A stretch of DNA of 43,224 nt from Planctomycetota bacterium (GTDB taxonomy: Bacteria > Planctomycetota > GCA-002687715 > DRQF01), in contig JAZGFI010000293.1 of assembly GCA_036479435.1 (NCBI GenBank), positions 1 through 43,224 of the forward strand, in the 5' to 3' direction. Below are positions 27,730 to 36,672 of the stretch, one piece after another. Every line of letters starts with the position of its first letter. Positions within the stretch are counted from its first letter, which is position 1. The notes below the pieces were generated by a model that made no database searches, was not told where the DNA came from, and worked only from the letters and a program-made list of their open reading frames with translations. A program made the translations under genes and the position numbers.

Positions 27730-28602
27730 ATGACCAAGACTGACCTTTACGAACAAGTCACCAACACCATCGTCGCCGAGCTGGAAGCCGGCACGTTGCC
27801 ATGGCTCAAGCCCTGGGATGGTACCGGCTGCGCCGACGGACTGATGCCCTACAATGCCGCGAGCCGCCGGGCCTACACTGGCGTCAACGTCCTGACGCTG
27901 TGGTGCGCCGAGCGCTTCCCCACGAATGGCTGGCTCACCTACCGCCAGGCACAAGAGCACGGCGGCCAGGTCCGCAAGGGCGAAAAGGGTTCTATGATCA
28001 TCTACATCGGCCAGAGCACCAAAGAGGAGGAGGACGGCAACGGCGACACGCGCAAGCGGTCCTTCCGTTTCCTGAAACGGTCCACGGTGTTCAATGTCGC
28101 GCAGTGTGATGGCCTGCCCGAGCGTATGACCAAGCTGCCCGATCCCTTGCCCGAGCCCGTGCGCATCGCCAACGCGGAAGCTTTGATCGAAGCCGCCGGC
28201 GCCGCGCTCAGCCATGGCGGACAGCGTGCATTCTACAGCCCGAGCGAGGACCGCATTCAGTTGCCCGTGCCGCAGTCCTTTCGGTCGCCCGAGCACTACT
28301 ACGCCGTAGCCTTTCATGAGCATGGCCACTGGACCGGACACAAAGCACGGTGCGCCCGTGATCTGTCCGGACGCTTTGGTGATCGTGCCTATGCGGCGGA
28401 AGAGTTGATCGCTGAATTGACGGCGGCATTCCTTTGCGCCGAGCTGGGCATTGAGGGCGACATCCGCCACGCTTCCTATATAGAGAGCTGGATCAGTCTC
28501 TTGAAAAACGACAGCCGCGCCATCTTCACGGCGGCCAGCGCGGCCAGCAAAGCGGCCCGGTTCCTCACAGCGTACACGGAAGCCGCCAGCCAAGCCGCGT
28601 GA
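27730..28602 (+). CDS. ardC: ArdC-family antirestriction/ssDNA-binding protein with zincin-like domain
   Basis: LE.G.LPW.KPW, YTGVN..L, WLTYRQA...GGQVRKGEKG, VFNVAQCDGL, HE.GHWTGH, YA.EEL.AEL. Confidence 0.93.
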   Translation: MTKTDLYEQVTNTIVAELEAGTLPWLKPWDGTGCADGLMPYNAASRRAYTGVNVLTLWCAERFPTNGWLTYRQAQEHGGQVRKGEKGSMIIYIGQSTKEEEDGNGDTRKRSFRFLKRSTVFNVAQCDGLPERMTKLPDPLPEPVRIANAEALIEAAGAALSHGGQRAFYSPSEDRIQLPVPQSFRSPEHYYAVAFHEHGHWTGHKARCARDLSGRFGDRAYAAEELIAELTAAFLCAELGIEGDIRHASYIESWISLLKNDSRAIFTAASAASKAARFLTAYTEAASQAA

Positions 28603-28610
28603 CACACGAC

Positions 28611-28645
28611 GGGCGGGACTGGCATGGTGCCGGTCCCGCCCTTTT
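28611..28645 (+). terminator. Intrinsic terminator after ardC
   Basis: GGGCGGGACTGGCA-TGG-TGCCGGTCCCGCCC followed by TTTT. Confidence 0.7.
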
Positions 28646-28683
28646 CCCACGATCACAACCACGAGACCGAAAGGACCAGCACT

Positions 28684-28893
28684 ATGGAACAAGACCGCAC
28701 CCACTTCAAGCTCTGGCGCACGTCGAGCGGCAAGACCCAGGCCCAGGCCAGCGCGGAGCTTGGCATCAGCGTCCGCTGGTGCAAGGCCCTCGAGCGCGGC
28801 AGTGACGGCAACGGCAAGCCCGCCATGCCAAGCTTGACCCTGCGCCTGGCCATGGCGGCGATCGCTCACCGCCTCGCGCCCTATCCCGACTGA
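28684..28893 (+). CDS. XRE-family HTH regulator
   Basis: FKLWR...KTQAQASAELGISVRW.KALERG. Confidence 0.85.
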   Translation: MEQDRTHFKLWRTSSGKTQAQASAELGISVRWCKALERGSDGNGKPAMPSLTLRLAMAAIAHRLAPYPD

Positions 28894-28905
28894 CGCATCA
28901 CCCCA

Positions 28906-29186
28906 CAGAACGAGTAGAACGGTCATTTTCGGACCGTTCTGCTCGGCGTTCTGTTGGTGGGCTTGGCTAAACACTTGATATATATACCTTTTCCTAATCC
29001 AGATAGAGATATAGAACGGTTAGAACGTTAGAACGCCCTTAACCCCTCACGTACGCACGCGCGCCTGTCTGCGCACACCTATGGGCTTGTATTTTTGGCG
29101 TTCTAACCGTTCTATCTAAAATACCGCAATGATATCAGTACCTTAGATAGAACGTGGGGCGTTCTAGCCCCGTTCTGGCCGTTCTA
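28906..29186. repeat. Putative replication origin with 13 YAGAACG iterons
   Basis: 13 copies in both orientations around AT-rich tracts; IHF consensus at 28968-28980 (minus strand); downstream of the helicase. Confidence 0.8.
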
Positions 29187-29359
29187 AAATCTGCCAATTC
29201 TTATTCTTGAAAGATTGAGGTTGGGAGAAAGAGCGGGGGCGCGTGGGTTGGGGTGAGAGTGTCCGCGTCATGGGCTGGGCCTTCAGGTGAGGGGGAGGAG
29301 ATACGGACGCGCGGGCGTTGCCCACGCGGTGTTTTTCAGTCGTTTTGGTGTCTGGTGGA

Positions 29360-31087
29360 TCATAAGAGCGCCCTTTGTTTGACTTTGATGCCCTCCAGCA
29401 CGTTGAGGGGGACCATGGTGCAGCGGGCCTTGGCGCCCGCGAAATACTGGCCTGAGGGGTGTTTCACGGCCCCGTCCAGCCGCCCCAGGCTTTGCGCCCA
29501 GGGTGCCGTGGAGCCCGCAATCGTGCCCCAGTGACTGCCATCAAAGAGACGCGCCAGGCCCGAATGCGTGTTGGCAACAAAAAGCATATGGACCTGCTCA
29601 TAGAGCTTGACCTTGAGCCCGAAGCGCTCCAGCACCTTGGGTGCCGACAGGCACGGGGGACTGTCCACGCTCTGCTGGATAAGCTCCGCAACCGTGAGCT
29701 TGGTATCGCCGGCCTTCTGGTCCGGCACCACCTGGGTGAGGAGATGCTGCAGACAATTGCGTTCGTCCGCTTCCTGGTCAGCCACGGCGAGCGTTAAATA
29801 GCCCGCCATCTGCGCGACCGTTTTCTTGACAAACTTCGGATCCGGCGCGTCACGCTCCAGCGCGTGCGCAACCCCCAAGAGCGCCGAAAAGACGTCCGCC
29901 GTGCGGCCGCCGAAACCGGCGGCGGTCAGGCCCTTGTGATAGGCCTCGATGCGCGCCTTGACGTCACCCCAGCGGTTGAGCAAGCGGCGGCGGAAGCCGC
30001 GCCCGAGAATACCCAGCTGCCGCGTGTCAAAGTCCGGCACCTTGGCCCCAGCCGCCACCTTGTCCAGCTCCAAAATCGCCATTCGGTTCTGGTCCTGGGG
30101 GGTGAGGGGCGGCAAAAGGATCGAGGAAAACAAAAACATCATCTGCGCCATAAACTGGCTGCCCGTATGGTCGGCGCCGCCGCGCAACACGATCTTGCCG
30201 TCACACGCCAGGCGCGCCAGCTCAATCACCGCCTGCATTTTTTTGCTGTCCGGGTTCGGCTCGCCCTCGTCATAAATCACCGGGTTTGAGCCCATCCGCG
30301 TCTGTTGCCAGATGCCGGCGGCGGTCGCGTTGCCCACTTCCGTCAAGGATCCGATCACCGCACCCAGCACCTTGAGGAGCGTGGATTTGCCGGCGGCGCT
30401 GCCGCCCGTCAGCCAGACAACCGCCCGCCAGTCGAGCGCGGCGCCAAGAAGCGCGCAGCCGACCCAGCCGAGCAACAGGCTCGCATCCAGCAATCCGCGC
30501 TTCCAGTACCAGGCCCCGAAAAGCTCCATCAGCTCCGCCGCCGCTTGCGGTCCCGGGTCATCGTCCAAAGGTGTTGGCCCCGGCGGCATCGAGGGATAAA
30601 TATGCGGCCCGAGCGGCCCGGGGGGGAGCTTTTCGCGTTCGCGGTAAATGCTCTTACCGCAGTGCATCACCAGGTGCCCCTCGTCATCGACCCAGCCGCC
30701 GGTTTCCCGCACCGTCCCGAAAATATCAATCAGCCCCTTGGCGGCGCTTGCGTTCAACAGCGCCTCCTCAACCTTGCCGCTGTTCCACTTGCCCGTCGTC
30801 TTGCCGTCCTTGTCATAGGCTGGCCAGTTTTCAGGGAGATAATCGATATACTCACCGAAAAGCCCCATGATATCGAGCCGTGCGTGCTTGCGCACCTGCA
30901 GGTCACGCATCTGGCCAAGCGCATCGATGTAGTACCGCACATCCCCCTGGGCACCGAGCGGTATGACCGGGCAGTTTTCAGGCAGAAACACACGGTCCGG
31001 CTTCTCAGGCGGCGGCGGATCCGCCGGCGGATCTTCCATCACCACCTTGTCCATGTGGTCGCGTATATCGGTGACCTTATCGGTCAT
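29360..31087 (-). CDS. DNA helicase/P-loop NTPase (DUF927/SF3-like)
   Basis: Walker A GGSAAGKST, Walker B VIYDE; ATGA-coupled to the primase. Confidence 0.8.
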   Translation of the reverse strand: MTDKVTDIRDHMDKVVMEDPPADPPPPEKPDRVFLPENCPVIPLGAQGDVRYYIDALGQMRDLQVRKHARLDIMGLFGEYIDYLPENWPAYDKDGKTTGKWNSGKVEEALLNASAAKGLIDIFGTVRETGGWVDDEGHLVMHCGKSIYREREKLPPGPLGPHIYPSMPPGPTPLDDDPGPQAAAELMELFGAWYWKRGLLDASLLLGWVGCALLGAALDWRAVVWLTGGSAAGKSTLLKVLGAVIGSLTEVGNATAAGIWQQTRMGSNPVIYDEGEPNPDSKKMQAVIELARLACDGKIVLRGGADHTGSQFMAQMMFLFSSILLPPLTPQDQNRMAILELDKVAAGAKVPDFDTRQLGILGRGFRRRLLNRWGDVKARIEAYHKGLTAAGFGGRTADVFSALLGVAHALERDAPDPKFVKKTVAQMAGYLTLAVADQEADERNCLQHLLTQVVPDQKAGDTKLTVAELIQQSVDSPPCLSAPKVLERFGLKVKLYEQVHMLFVANTHSGLARLFDGSHWGTIAGSTAPWAQSLGRLDGAVKHPSGQYFAGAKARCTMVPLNVLEGIKVKQRALL

Positions 31088-32172
31088 GCCACTTCACCCC
31101 TCAGCCAATCATTCACGTCCTTGCCGCAGTCCGCCGGCGTCTCGAATACGCCGGTTTTAAGCCCGCGATCACGGTACGCCTGGCGTGCCCGCTCAAAACC
31201 TTTTTGGGCATCCGGATTGTCCCAGTCGTTGTCTTTGACGAGGACAACGCCGCCGCACTGATCCGGCAGCCAGACGTTGCCCATATTGCCGAGACTGACC
31301 GCCGAAACGATCCGCCGCGTAGGGTCGGCGAGGGCAAGTGAGAGCGCGTCTTCAATACCTTCGGTGATCCATACTCTCTCGCCCTTCGCCATCTCTTTGA
31401 AGGGCCGGCCCGGCTTACCGTCGGCCATGCCCTTCGAAATCTTGATACTGCCGCCTTCGCGCGCAAACTCGCCGTAAACGAGCTTCTTCTTGATGCCCTC
31501 GCGCTCAGTCACCCCCCGCCAGCCATAAACCGGGGAATATTCCAGATACGTCATATGCACGGCCAGAAAACCGCCCGGCCCGGATATCTGGGCCAGCATG
31601 GCCGCGTAGCGCTCCCGCGCAAACGGGTGGTAGCAATCGGGTGAAAAGCGCAGCGCGCCCGGGCGCCCGCAAGTAGCGGCCAGCTGCGCCAGGCTCACCC
31701 CGCGCGCCCACAGATACGCATGCACCGCCGTGTTGCGCAGGTCAGGCGCGGCCTTCAGCCACAGGGCTTTCGCCGCTCCTTGCTTGACCTTACGCTTTTC
31801 ATCCTGTTCCTTGGCCCGCTTCGCCGCCCGGGCGCGCGCTTTGTCGCGCCGCGCCTGCCATTCCTCGGTCGTCGCCGTGTCGAGGCCGAGAAATTGCCGC
31901 GCAAATGTCATAACGTCTGCGAAATGAGCTTTCGTGTCCTGCCAGTCGTGGCAGCGGGCAATCAGGTCAAAGACGTCCCCCGTGGTGCCGCCATCCCATT
32001 CGGTCCAGCCGCCATGGTCCTTGATCTGCAAACTCTGGCCCTTGTCGCCGGCGAAGTTGCCGACCTGCCAATAGTTCCCGCGCGCCACCGCGTGTGGCAA
32101 CAGCTCGGCCACGAGCGCCTTCAGGTCGCCGACCAGCATGGCCCGGATCTCGCGTGTGGTGGGCTCGGTCAT
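31084..32172 (-). CDS. DNA primase (Toprim)
   Basis: GDKGQSL, GDVFDLI, AYL.ARG, AVH.TYL, ITEGIEDALS, KDND, KDVND. Confidence 0.88.
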   Translation of the reverse strand: MTEPTTREIRAMLVGDLKALVAELLPHAVARGNYWQVGNFAGDKGQSLQIKDHGGWTEWDGGTTGDVFDLIARCHDWQDTKAHFADVMTFARQFLGLDTATTEEWQARRDKARARAAKRAKEQDEKRKVKQGAAKALWLKAAPDLRNTAVHAYLWARGVSLAQLAATCGRPGALRFSPDCYHPFARERYAAMLAQISGPGGFLAVHMTYLEYSPVYGWRGVTEREGIKKKLVYGEFAREGGSIKISKGMADGKPGRPFKEMAKGERVWITEGIEDALSLALADPTRRIVSAVSLGNMGNVWLPDQCGGVVLVKDNDWDNPDAQKGFERARQAYRDRGLKTGVFETPADCGKDVNDWLRGEVA

Positions 32173-32567
32173 GCCGGGCCCCCGTCCCTGAGACGCGGCG
32201 CCGGCGGGGTCTCCCTCCCCGCCAGCATCCGCTGCTCGGCCTGGTGGCAAATCTGTGAAAATGAAAAAGCAGTTTGCACCCTGGCCGGAACCCGGCGGGC
32301 TAATCGCCGGGGAGCCTGATCGCGAATTTCCAGGCACGTGCCCAGCTCGGTGGACAGCACCTTTTTATGGCCGATCCGCACCGCCGGGTTCACCTCGGCA
32401 ATAAAAGCCGCCGCTGCCTTGGCGAGCGAGGACCACGGATACGAAAGCCGCCGGCACGCGGGCCGCCGCAATACGGTTTCAAGGCTGGTCAGATGCACCG
32501 GCGATGGGTCGCCCAGCACCTTCACGACTTGCAACTCAAGCTCGGTTTTCAGGTGCAGGCGGGCCAT
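32169..32567 (-). CDS. Hypothetical protein
   Basis: GGAGG RBS before ATG 32567; ATGA-coupled to the primase. Confidence 0.6.
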   Translation of the reverse strand: MARLHLKTELELQVVKVLGDPSPVHLTSLETVLRRPACRRLSYPWSSLAKAAAAFIAEVNPAVRIGHKKVLSTELGTCLEIRDQAPRRLARRVPARVQTAFSFSQICHQAEQRMLAGRETPPAPRLRDGGPA

Positions 32568-32719
32568 GGTCAGTTTCCTCCGAAGAAAAGAGCGGCGGCG
32601 GGCGAGAAAATGGCAGAGCGCCGCGCCACCGCAGGGGAGGGAGGAAACGCCAGGGGGGCCATGCAAGGAACCCCCGCGGTGCCTTCGCGCCGACTGGGCG
32701 CAAAGCTCTTGAAGAAAGG

Positions 32720-32790
32720 TGCAGGGGGTAGGGATTGAACCCACACACGCCAGTAAGCAGACAGGCGATAAACCGCTGCTATTCCCCTGC
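32720..32790 (-). tRNA. Degenerate tRNA-like element (pseudo-tRNA)
   Basis: 7-bp acceptor stem GCAGGGG/CCCCTGC, canonical T-arm GTGGG-TTCAATC-CCTAC, D-loop-like CAGCGGT; irregular anticodon arm. Confidence 0.5.
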
Positions 32791-32796
32791 GCAATG

Positions 32797-33078
32797 TCAT
32801 TTTCTGTTCCCCCGTACCGGAGGATCGTCATATTGGCCCGCCTCGTAGCGCAACCGCGCCTCGCGCCTCGCGACCGTGAGCCCACGGTCCCGGTCGGTGT
32901 CCGTGACGCCCACCACCACATATTGGTCGGGGGTGGGGCCGTTCAACTCCACCGTCACGTCATGCTTGACGGCGTCGGGCCAGGTCACGGCATGGGGGTA
33001 GATGGTGATGATTTCATGTGGGCAAAAGACTGGCGCAGCCGCCTGGGCGGGATCCGGGGCTGTGGCCAGCGCGGTCAT
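32797..33078 (-). CDS. Hypothetical protein
   Basis: ATGA-coupled to cro. Confidence 0.65.
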   Translation of the reverse strand: MTALATAPDPAQAAAPVFCPHEIITIYPHAVTWPDAVKHDVTVELNGPTPDQYVVVGVTDTDRDRGLTVARREARLRYEAGQYDDPPVRGNRK

Positions 33079-33299
33079 GCGGCTTCACCTGAGACATCAG
33101 CAGGAGGCAGAAAGGCGACCAGTAAATCTTCGGGGCCGACCTTACCCTCGGTCTCTTTGAAAATATCGATTTGCACACCAGACCCAGGCCTCATACTGCC
33201 GGTCCGAATGCCATGAATGTACTGCCGGGATTTGCCGATTTTCTTGGCAAATATCGTGTCGTTTTCGCCTGTTTCCTTGAAATATTCTTCCAGCGTCAC
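33075..33299 (-). CDS. Cro-like HTH protein
   Basis: TLEEYF...FAKKIGKSRQYI...RP...I...TEGKV...DL; divergent from the repressor; GTG start after GGAG. Confidence 0.85.
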   Translation of the reverse strand: MTLEEYFKETGENDTIFAKKIGKSRQYIHGIRTGSMRPGSGVQIDIFKETEGKVGPEDLLVAFLPPADVSGEAA

Positions 33300-33319
33300 G
33301 ACATGCTCCAGCGTCAAAT

Positions 33320-33456
33320 CATGTTTGACAAGATTTTGTGTATATCGAAATATTTGATACTACATAAATTCTGTAAAGGATAATTTGACCCGTCGTCAAG
33401 ACAAATAAACGCTTGAAAGACAGATTTCTGTCATTACATATTTTACAACAGGTTTT
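33320..33456. promoter_or_regulatory. cro/cI intergenic control region
   Basis: AT-rich; imperfect ACA-N6/7-TGT dyads (33327, 33361, 33419) as candidate operators. Confidence 0.55.
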
Positions 33457-33900
33457 ATGGAAGATGCTTTGCCAAACCGGATCAGAGAGTTAAGAACCGC
33501 TCAACAGCTTTCACAAGAGGCTTTGGCTAACCGTGTGGGGACCCTCTCAAAAATGCAAGTGTCGAATATCGAGCGAGGAATTACTCAGCTCACGCATTTT
33601 TGGATGCGGCGCTTCGCCACAGCCCTGCAATGCTATCCATCCGACTTGCTCCCGGATGAAGATGTCCGGATACGGGAAATCGAAGAACGTCTACTCGCTG
33701 AAATAATCAAAGAGCTTTTTCAGTGGAAATCCGATCGCCGCAAAGAATTGACCGAGCGCGGCATCATCATTAGCCCACATGAACTAGGAATGCTGGCCGC
33801 CCACACCTATACGGGAGCCACTCGCGACACGGAGAGTGCCCGCATGATCCAAGCGGACATTGATAAGATACTTTCCTTTCGGATGAAAGCGGCGTCTTAA
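33457..33900 (+). CDS. CI-like XRE repressor (no S24 peptidase domain seen)
   Basis: NRIRELR...LSQEALANRVG..SKMQVSNIERG...LQCYPSDLL. Confidence 0.88.
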   Translation: MEDALPNRIRELRTAQQLSQEALANRVGTLSKMQVSNIERGITQLTHFWMRRFATALQCYPSDLLPDEDVRIREIEERLLAEIIKELFQWKSDRRKELTERGIIISPHELGMLAAHTYTGATRDTESARMIQADIDKILSFRMKAAS

Positions 33901-34094
33901 GCCGAAATACTCGTCCCAGTCACCCCTCATATCCTTTCGCAACCGGGGCGTCAGCCCGTGAGCCGGGCGAAGGGGGGTGATCTCTGCAATGCTCACTGGG
34001 CTGACGCCTCCGGTATCTCCCCTGCGGCCACGGCAGAATATCGTGGCCGCAATCAAACACAGAGGCAACTCTATAATACGTTTTTTTTGCGTAA

Positions 34095-34427
34095 TTACTG
34101 GAGCGCTGTCACCAAGGCCACAATACTGGCGCGGCCATGCCTTGTTAACACCCAGACGCGCGATCGAATACCGATGGCGATACCCTCAACGAGCCCCCGG
34201 GATTTGAGGATGATAATACCTCCGCGCACCGTCGCCTCAGAGAGATCCGAAGCCGCTGCCAATGCTGCCGTGTTCGCGCCGGACCGATCCGCGTCCGCAA
34301 CCGCAATAAACACACTAACGGTATTGCAATTCCCCCCGGTCAAGCGCTGTAACGCTCGGCGTCCGCGTTCCATGGCAACCATCCGGTCAATGCAGTCTCT
34401 CTCATCGTGTTTCATGTCATGCAACAT
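34095..34427 (-). CDS. Winged-HTH protein (putative)
   Basis: TAALAAASDLSEATVRGGIIILKSRGLVE followed by a wing-like segment. Confidence 0.6.
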   Translation of the reverse strand: MLHDMKHDERDCIDRMVAMERGRRALQRLTGGNCNTVSVFIAVADADRSGANTAALAAASDLSEATVRGGIIILKSRGLVEGIAIGIRSRVWVLTRHGRASIVALVTALQ

Positions 34428-34506
34428 TTCTGAGCGCTGGTCTATGATCCCTTTATATTGGACAAGAAATCCGATCGGACAAGGCACGCATATCTTTACT
34501 TACCTA

Positions 34507-34522
34507 TGTTCCACGTGGAACA
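34507..34522. promoter_or_regulatory. parS: parS-type palindrome TGTTCCACGTGGAACA
   Basis: Perfect 18-bp palindrome (34506-34523) fitting the bacterial chromosomal parS consensus. Confidence 0.75.
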
Positions 34523-34579
34523 TTTTTGATATTTTCGGTTGACTTTGTAAAATAATGCTTTACATCTGACGCATTCCAC

Positions 34580-34795
34580 ATGGCTGAGGAGACGAACGTG
34601 ACCCACCCCAATTACCTCAAAAAGCGTGCCGAGGCACAGGCGCCGTTGCGGTTTTGCAGCTGGGACAACCTGGCCAAGCACCTGCCCCGCCGCTATCAGA
34701 ACGGCATCAGCACCCCCGCCGCCCGCCTCATCGCCACCATAGGCTTTGCCGCCGGCCTCATCGCCGGCGCCGCCCTCACCAAAGGGGGCATGTGA
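34580..34795 (+). CDS. Small protein with C-terminal TM segment
   Basis: TTGACT promoter-like element upstream; hydrophobic C-terminus. Confidence 0.55.
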   Translation: MAEETNVTHPNYLKKRAEAQAPLRFCSWDNLAKHLPRRYQNGISTPAARLIATIGFAAGLIAGAALTKGGM

Positions 34796-35286
34796 TGAGC
34801 TGGACCCCGTTACCAGACCGTCCGCGCACCCATATGAATGATGGCGTCAGTGTCGCCCTCAGAAAAGTCAGCGGCTCAACGAACCTGCGGGTGGTTGTGG
34901 TCCTGCGCCCGGAAGTCATGGGACGCGCCGGGTGGGACTTGAACGACCCGATATCGGTGATTGTCGGAGGCGATGGCCACCTCGGAAAGATCATTCTGCG
35001 GCCTGCGCCCGCGTCTCAGCGGCCGAGCAGCCATATCCGCAGATCCGCCGCGGGAAGAAAATATGCAGACTTCGGGAGCATTAACATCCACCCGTGGCCG
35101 GACTTGCCGAAAGAAAAGCGCCGCGCCCTCAATTGCGCCTACGAGATTACCGACCGGGCCTTTGTGGGGGGCATGCAGCCTGGCGAAAAAAAGAAAGAGA
35201 TTTACATCACCCTGCCCCAATGGGCGGGAACGCCGGTCCGCCAGTACCAGGACCACCAGAAGGCCGCGGCCAACAGCAGGCTTTAA
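34795..35286 (+). CDS. Hypothetical protein
   Basis: TGATG coupling, G-rich RBS. Confidence 0.65.
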   Translation: MSWTPLPDRPRTHMNDGVSVALRKVSGSTNLRVVVVLRPEVMGRAGWDLNDPISVIVGGDGHLGKIILRPAPASQRPSSHIRRSAAGRKYADFGSINIHPWPDLPKEKRRALNCAYEITDRAFVGGMQPGEKKKEIYITLPQWAGTPVRQYQDHQKAAANSRL

Positions 35287-35380
35287 CCCCATTCGTCCGG
35301 TTACCCCCATCACCGGACGGATCCCGGCGGGGCGGTGTCCCCCATCACTGCCCCGCCACTTAACCGAAGGACGACACACC

Positions 35381-36433
35381 ATGAAACGCTTTATCCTCGC
35401 GGCCGCCCTGACGCTCGCCGCCTGCAACCCGGGCGGATCCGGCCCGGGCCCCACACCGCCCACCACGCCGCCCACCACGCCACCCGAGGCCTGCCCGACG
35501 CCAACACCGAGCGAGCGATGGGTCGAGGACAACAACATGGGAACGGCCGCCGGCCTGCCCGCGGACTTCTTCACACGCCTAGACACCCCCGCCACCTGGG
35601 CGAATGCCCGCGCCGTCACGTCCGCCTATGTGCTGCGCAACTCGTCCATGGGCGCCATCAGTGACGCGGATCTCGCCCGCATGGCCATTCTCTTCCGGGC
35701 CGTCGGCATCACGGTTGCCGTGAACGACGGCGCCGCCACCTGGGCGCACCACCGCTTGCCGGCGCTCACCTTCAAGGGCTCCATCCAAAAAATTACCCGC
35801 ATGCTGGATGCTGGCCTGGACGTGCAGCACATCGCTATGCAATCAACGCTCTCGAAACCTCTGCCCGGGCCGGACGGCACCACGCTCGAGTATACGCTCG
35901 CGACCCGCTACCTTGATATCGCCGCCTACATGAAGGCCATCAGCGCCGCGTTCCCGGACCGGGATTTCGAGTTCGGGCTCATCGACGCCAGCCCGGCCAT
36001 GATGCCCGATACCTACGAAAGCCAGTGGCGGGGACTTCAAACCCACCTCCGCGGCGAAGGCCTGGCGCTGGACTTTGTGCACATGGACCTGGCCATGGTC
36101 CACGCCCGTAAGGAATTGCGCGGGCTCTCCTGGCAGGGCTTCAAAAGGGTTGTCGGCGAGGCCCGCGCGCTTGGCTGGGAAACCGGCTTCTACCTGCACG
36201 AAGGCCCCCCGGGCGGAGCCGATAGCGACGCCACCTGGCGCCGCAAGATGCTGGACGGCATCGACAGCTTTCTGGCCGTCTGCGGTGACATGGAACACTG
36301 GGTGGTCGCAAGCTGGTACGAGTGGCCGCAGCTCAGCACGCCCGACACCCCGACCGCCGCCACCACCTTCGGCGTCCTCACGGCCATGGACCAGAAACTC
36401 ACGGCCAAAGGCCACCCAAACCCTAAGGATTAA
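35381..36433 (+). CDS. Lipoprotein with Pro/Thr linker and possible TIM-barrel (glycoside-hydrolase-like) domain
   Basis: MKRFILAAALTLAAC lipobox; PTPPTTPPTTPP; alternating beta/alpha pattern (inference). Confidence 0.75.
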   Translation: MKRFILAAALTLAACNPGGSGPGPTPPTTPPTTPPEACPTPTPSERWVEDNNMGTAAGLPADFFTRLDTPATWANARAVTSAYVLRNSSMGAISDADLARMAILFRAVGITVAVNDGAATWAHHRLPALTFKGSIQKITRMLDAGLDVQHIAMQSTLSKPLPGPDGTTLEYTLATRYLDIAAYMKAISAAFPDRDFEFGLIDASPAMMPDTYESQWRGLQTHLRGEGLALDFVHMDLAMVHARKELRGLSWQGFKRVVGEARALGWETGFYLHEGPPGGADSDATWRRKMLDGIDSFLAVCGDMEHWVVASWYEWPQLSTPDTPTAATTFGVLTAMDQKLTAKGHPNPKD

Positions 36434-36435
36434 TT

Positions 36436-36672
36436 ATGGCGAAAACACCTAAAAATACGGTTCAGGATATGCAGGAAGTCGAACATTTCCGAGCGAAAAT
36501 GGCGAGGCATATAATCGTTCACACAGGGGCCGACTGGAACCAATCGGACGAAAAGATCGCGAAAGCCGCCTTCGAAATGGCCGACGCTTTTTTTGACGAA
36601 GCTCAGCGCCGCGTCGATGCCATTAATTCAGCCATGAACACCGCACCGTCATCCGAGGAACCCTCGCCCTAA
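36436..36672 (+). CDS. Hypothetical protein
   Basis: AAGGA RBS; IAKAAFEMADAFF helix common in small phage proteins. Confidence 0.7.
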   Translation: MAKTPKNTVQDMQEVEHFRAKMARHIIVHTGADWNQSDEKIAKAAFEMADAFFDEAQRRVDAINSAMNTAPSSEEPSP

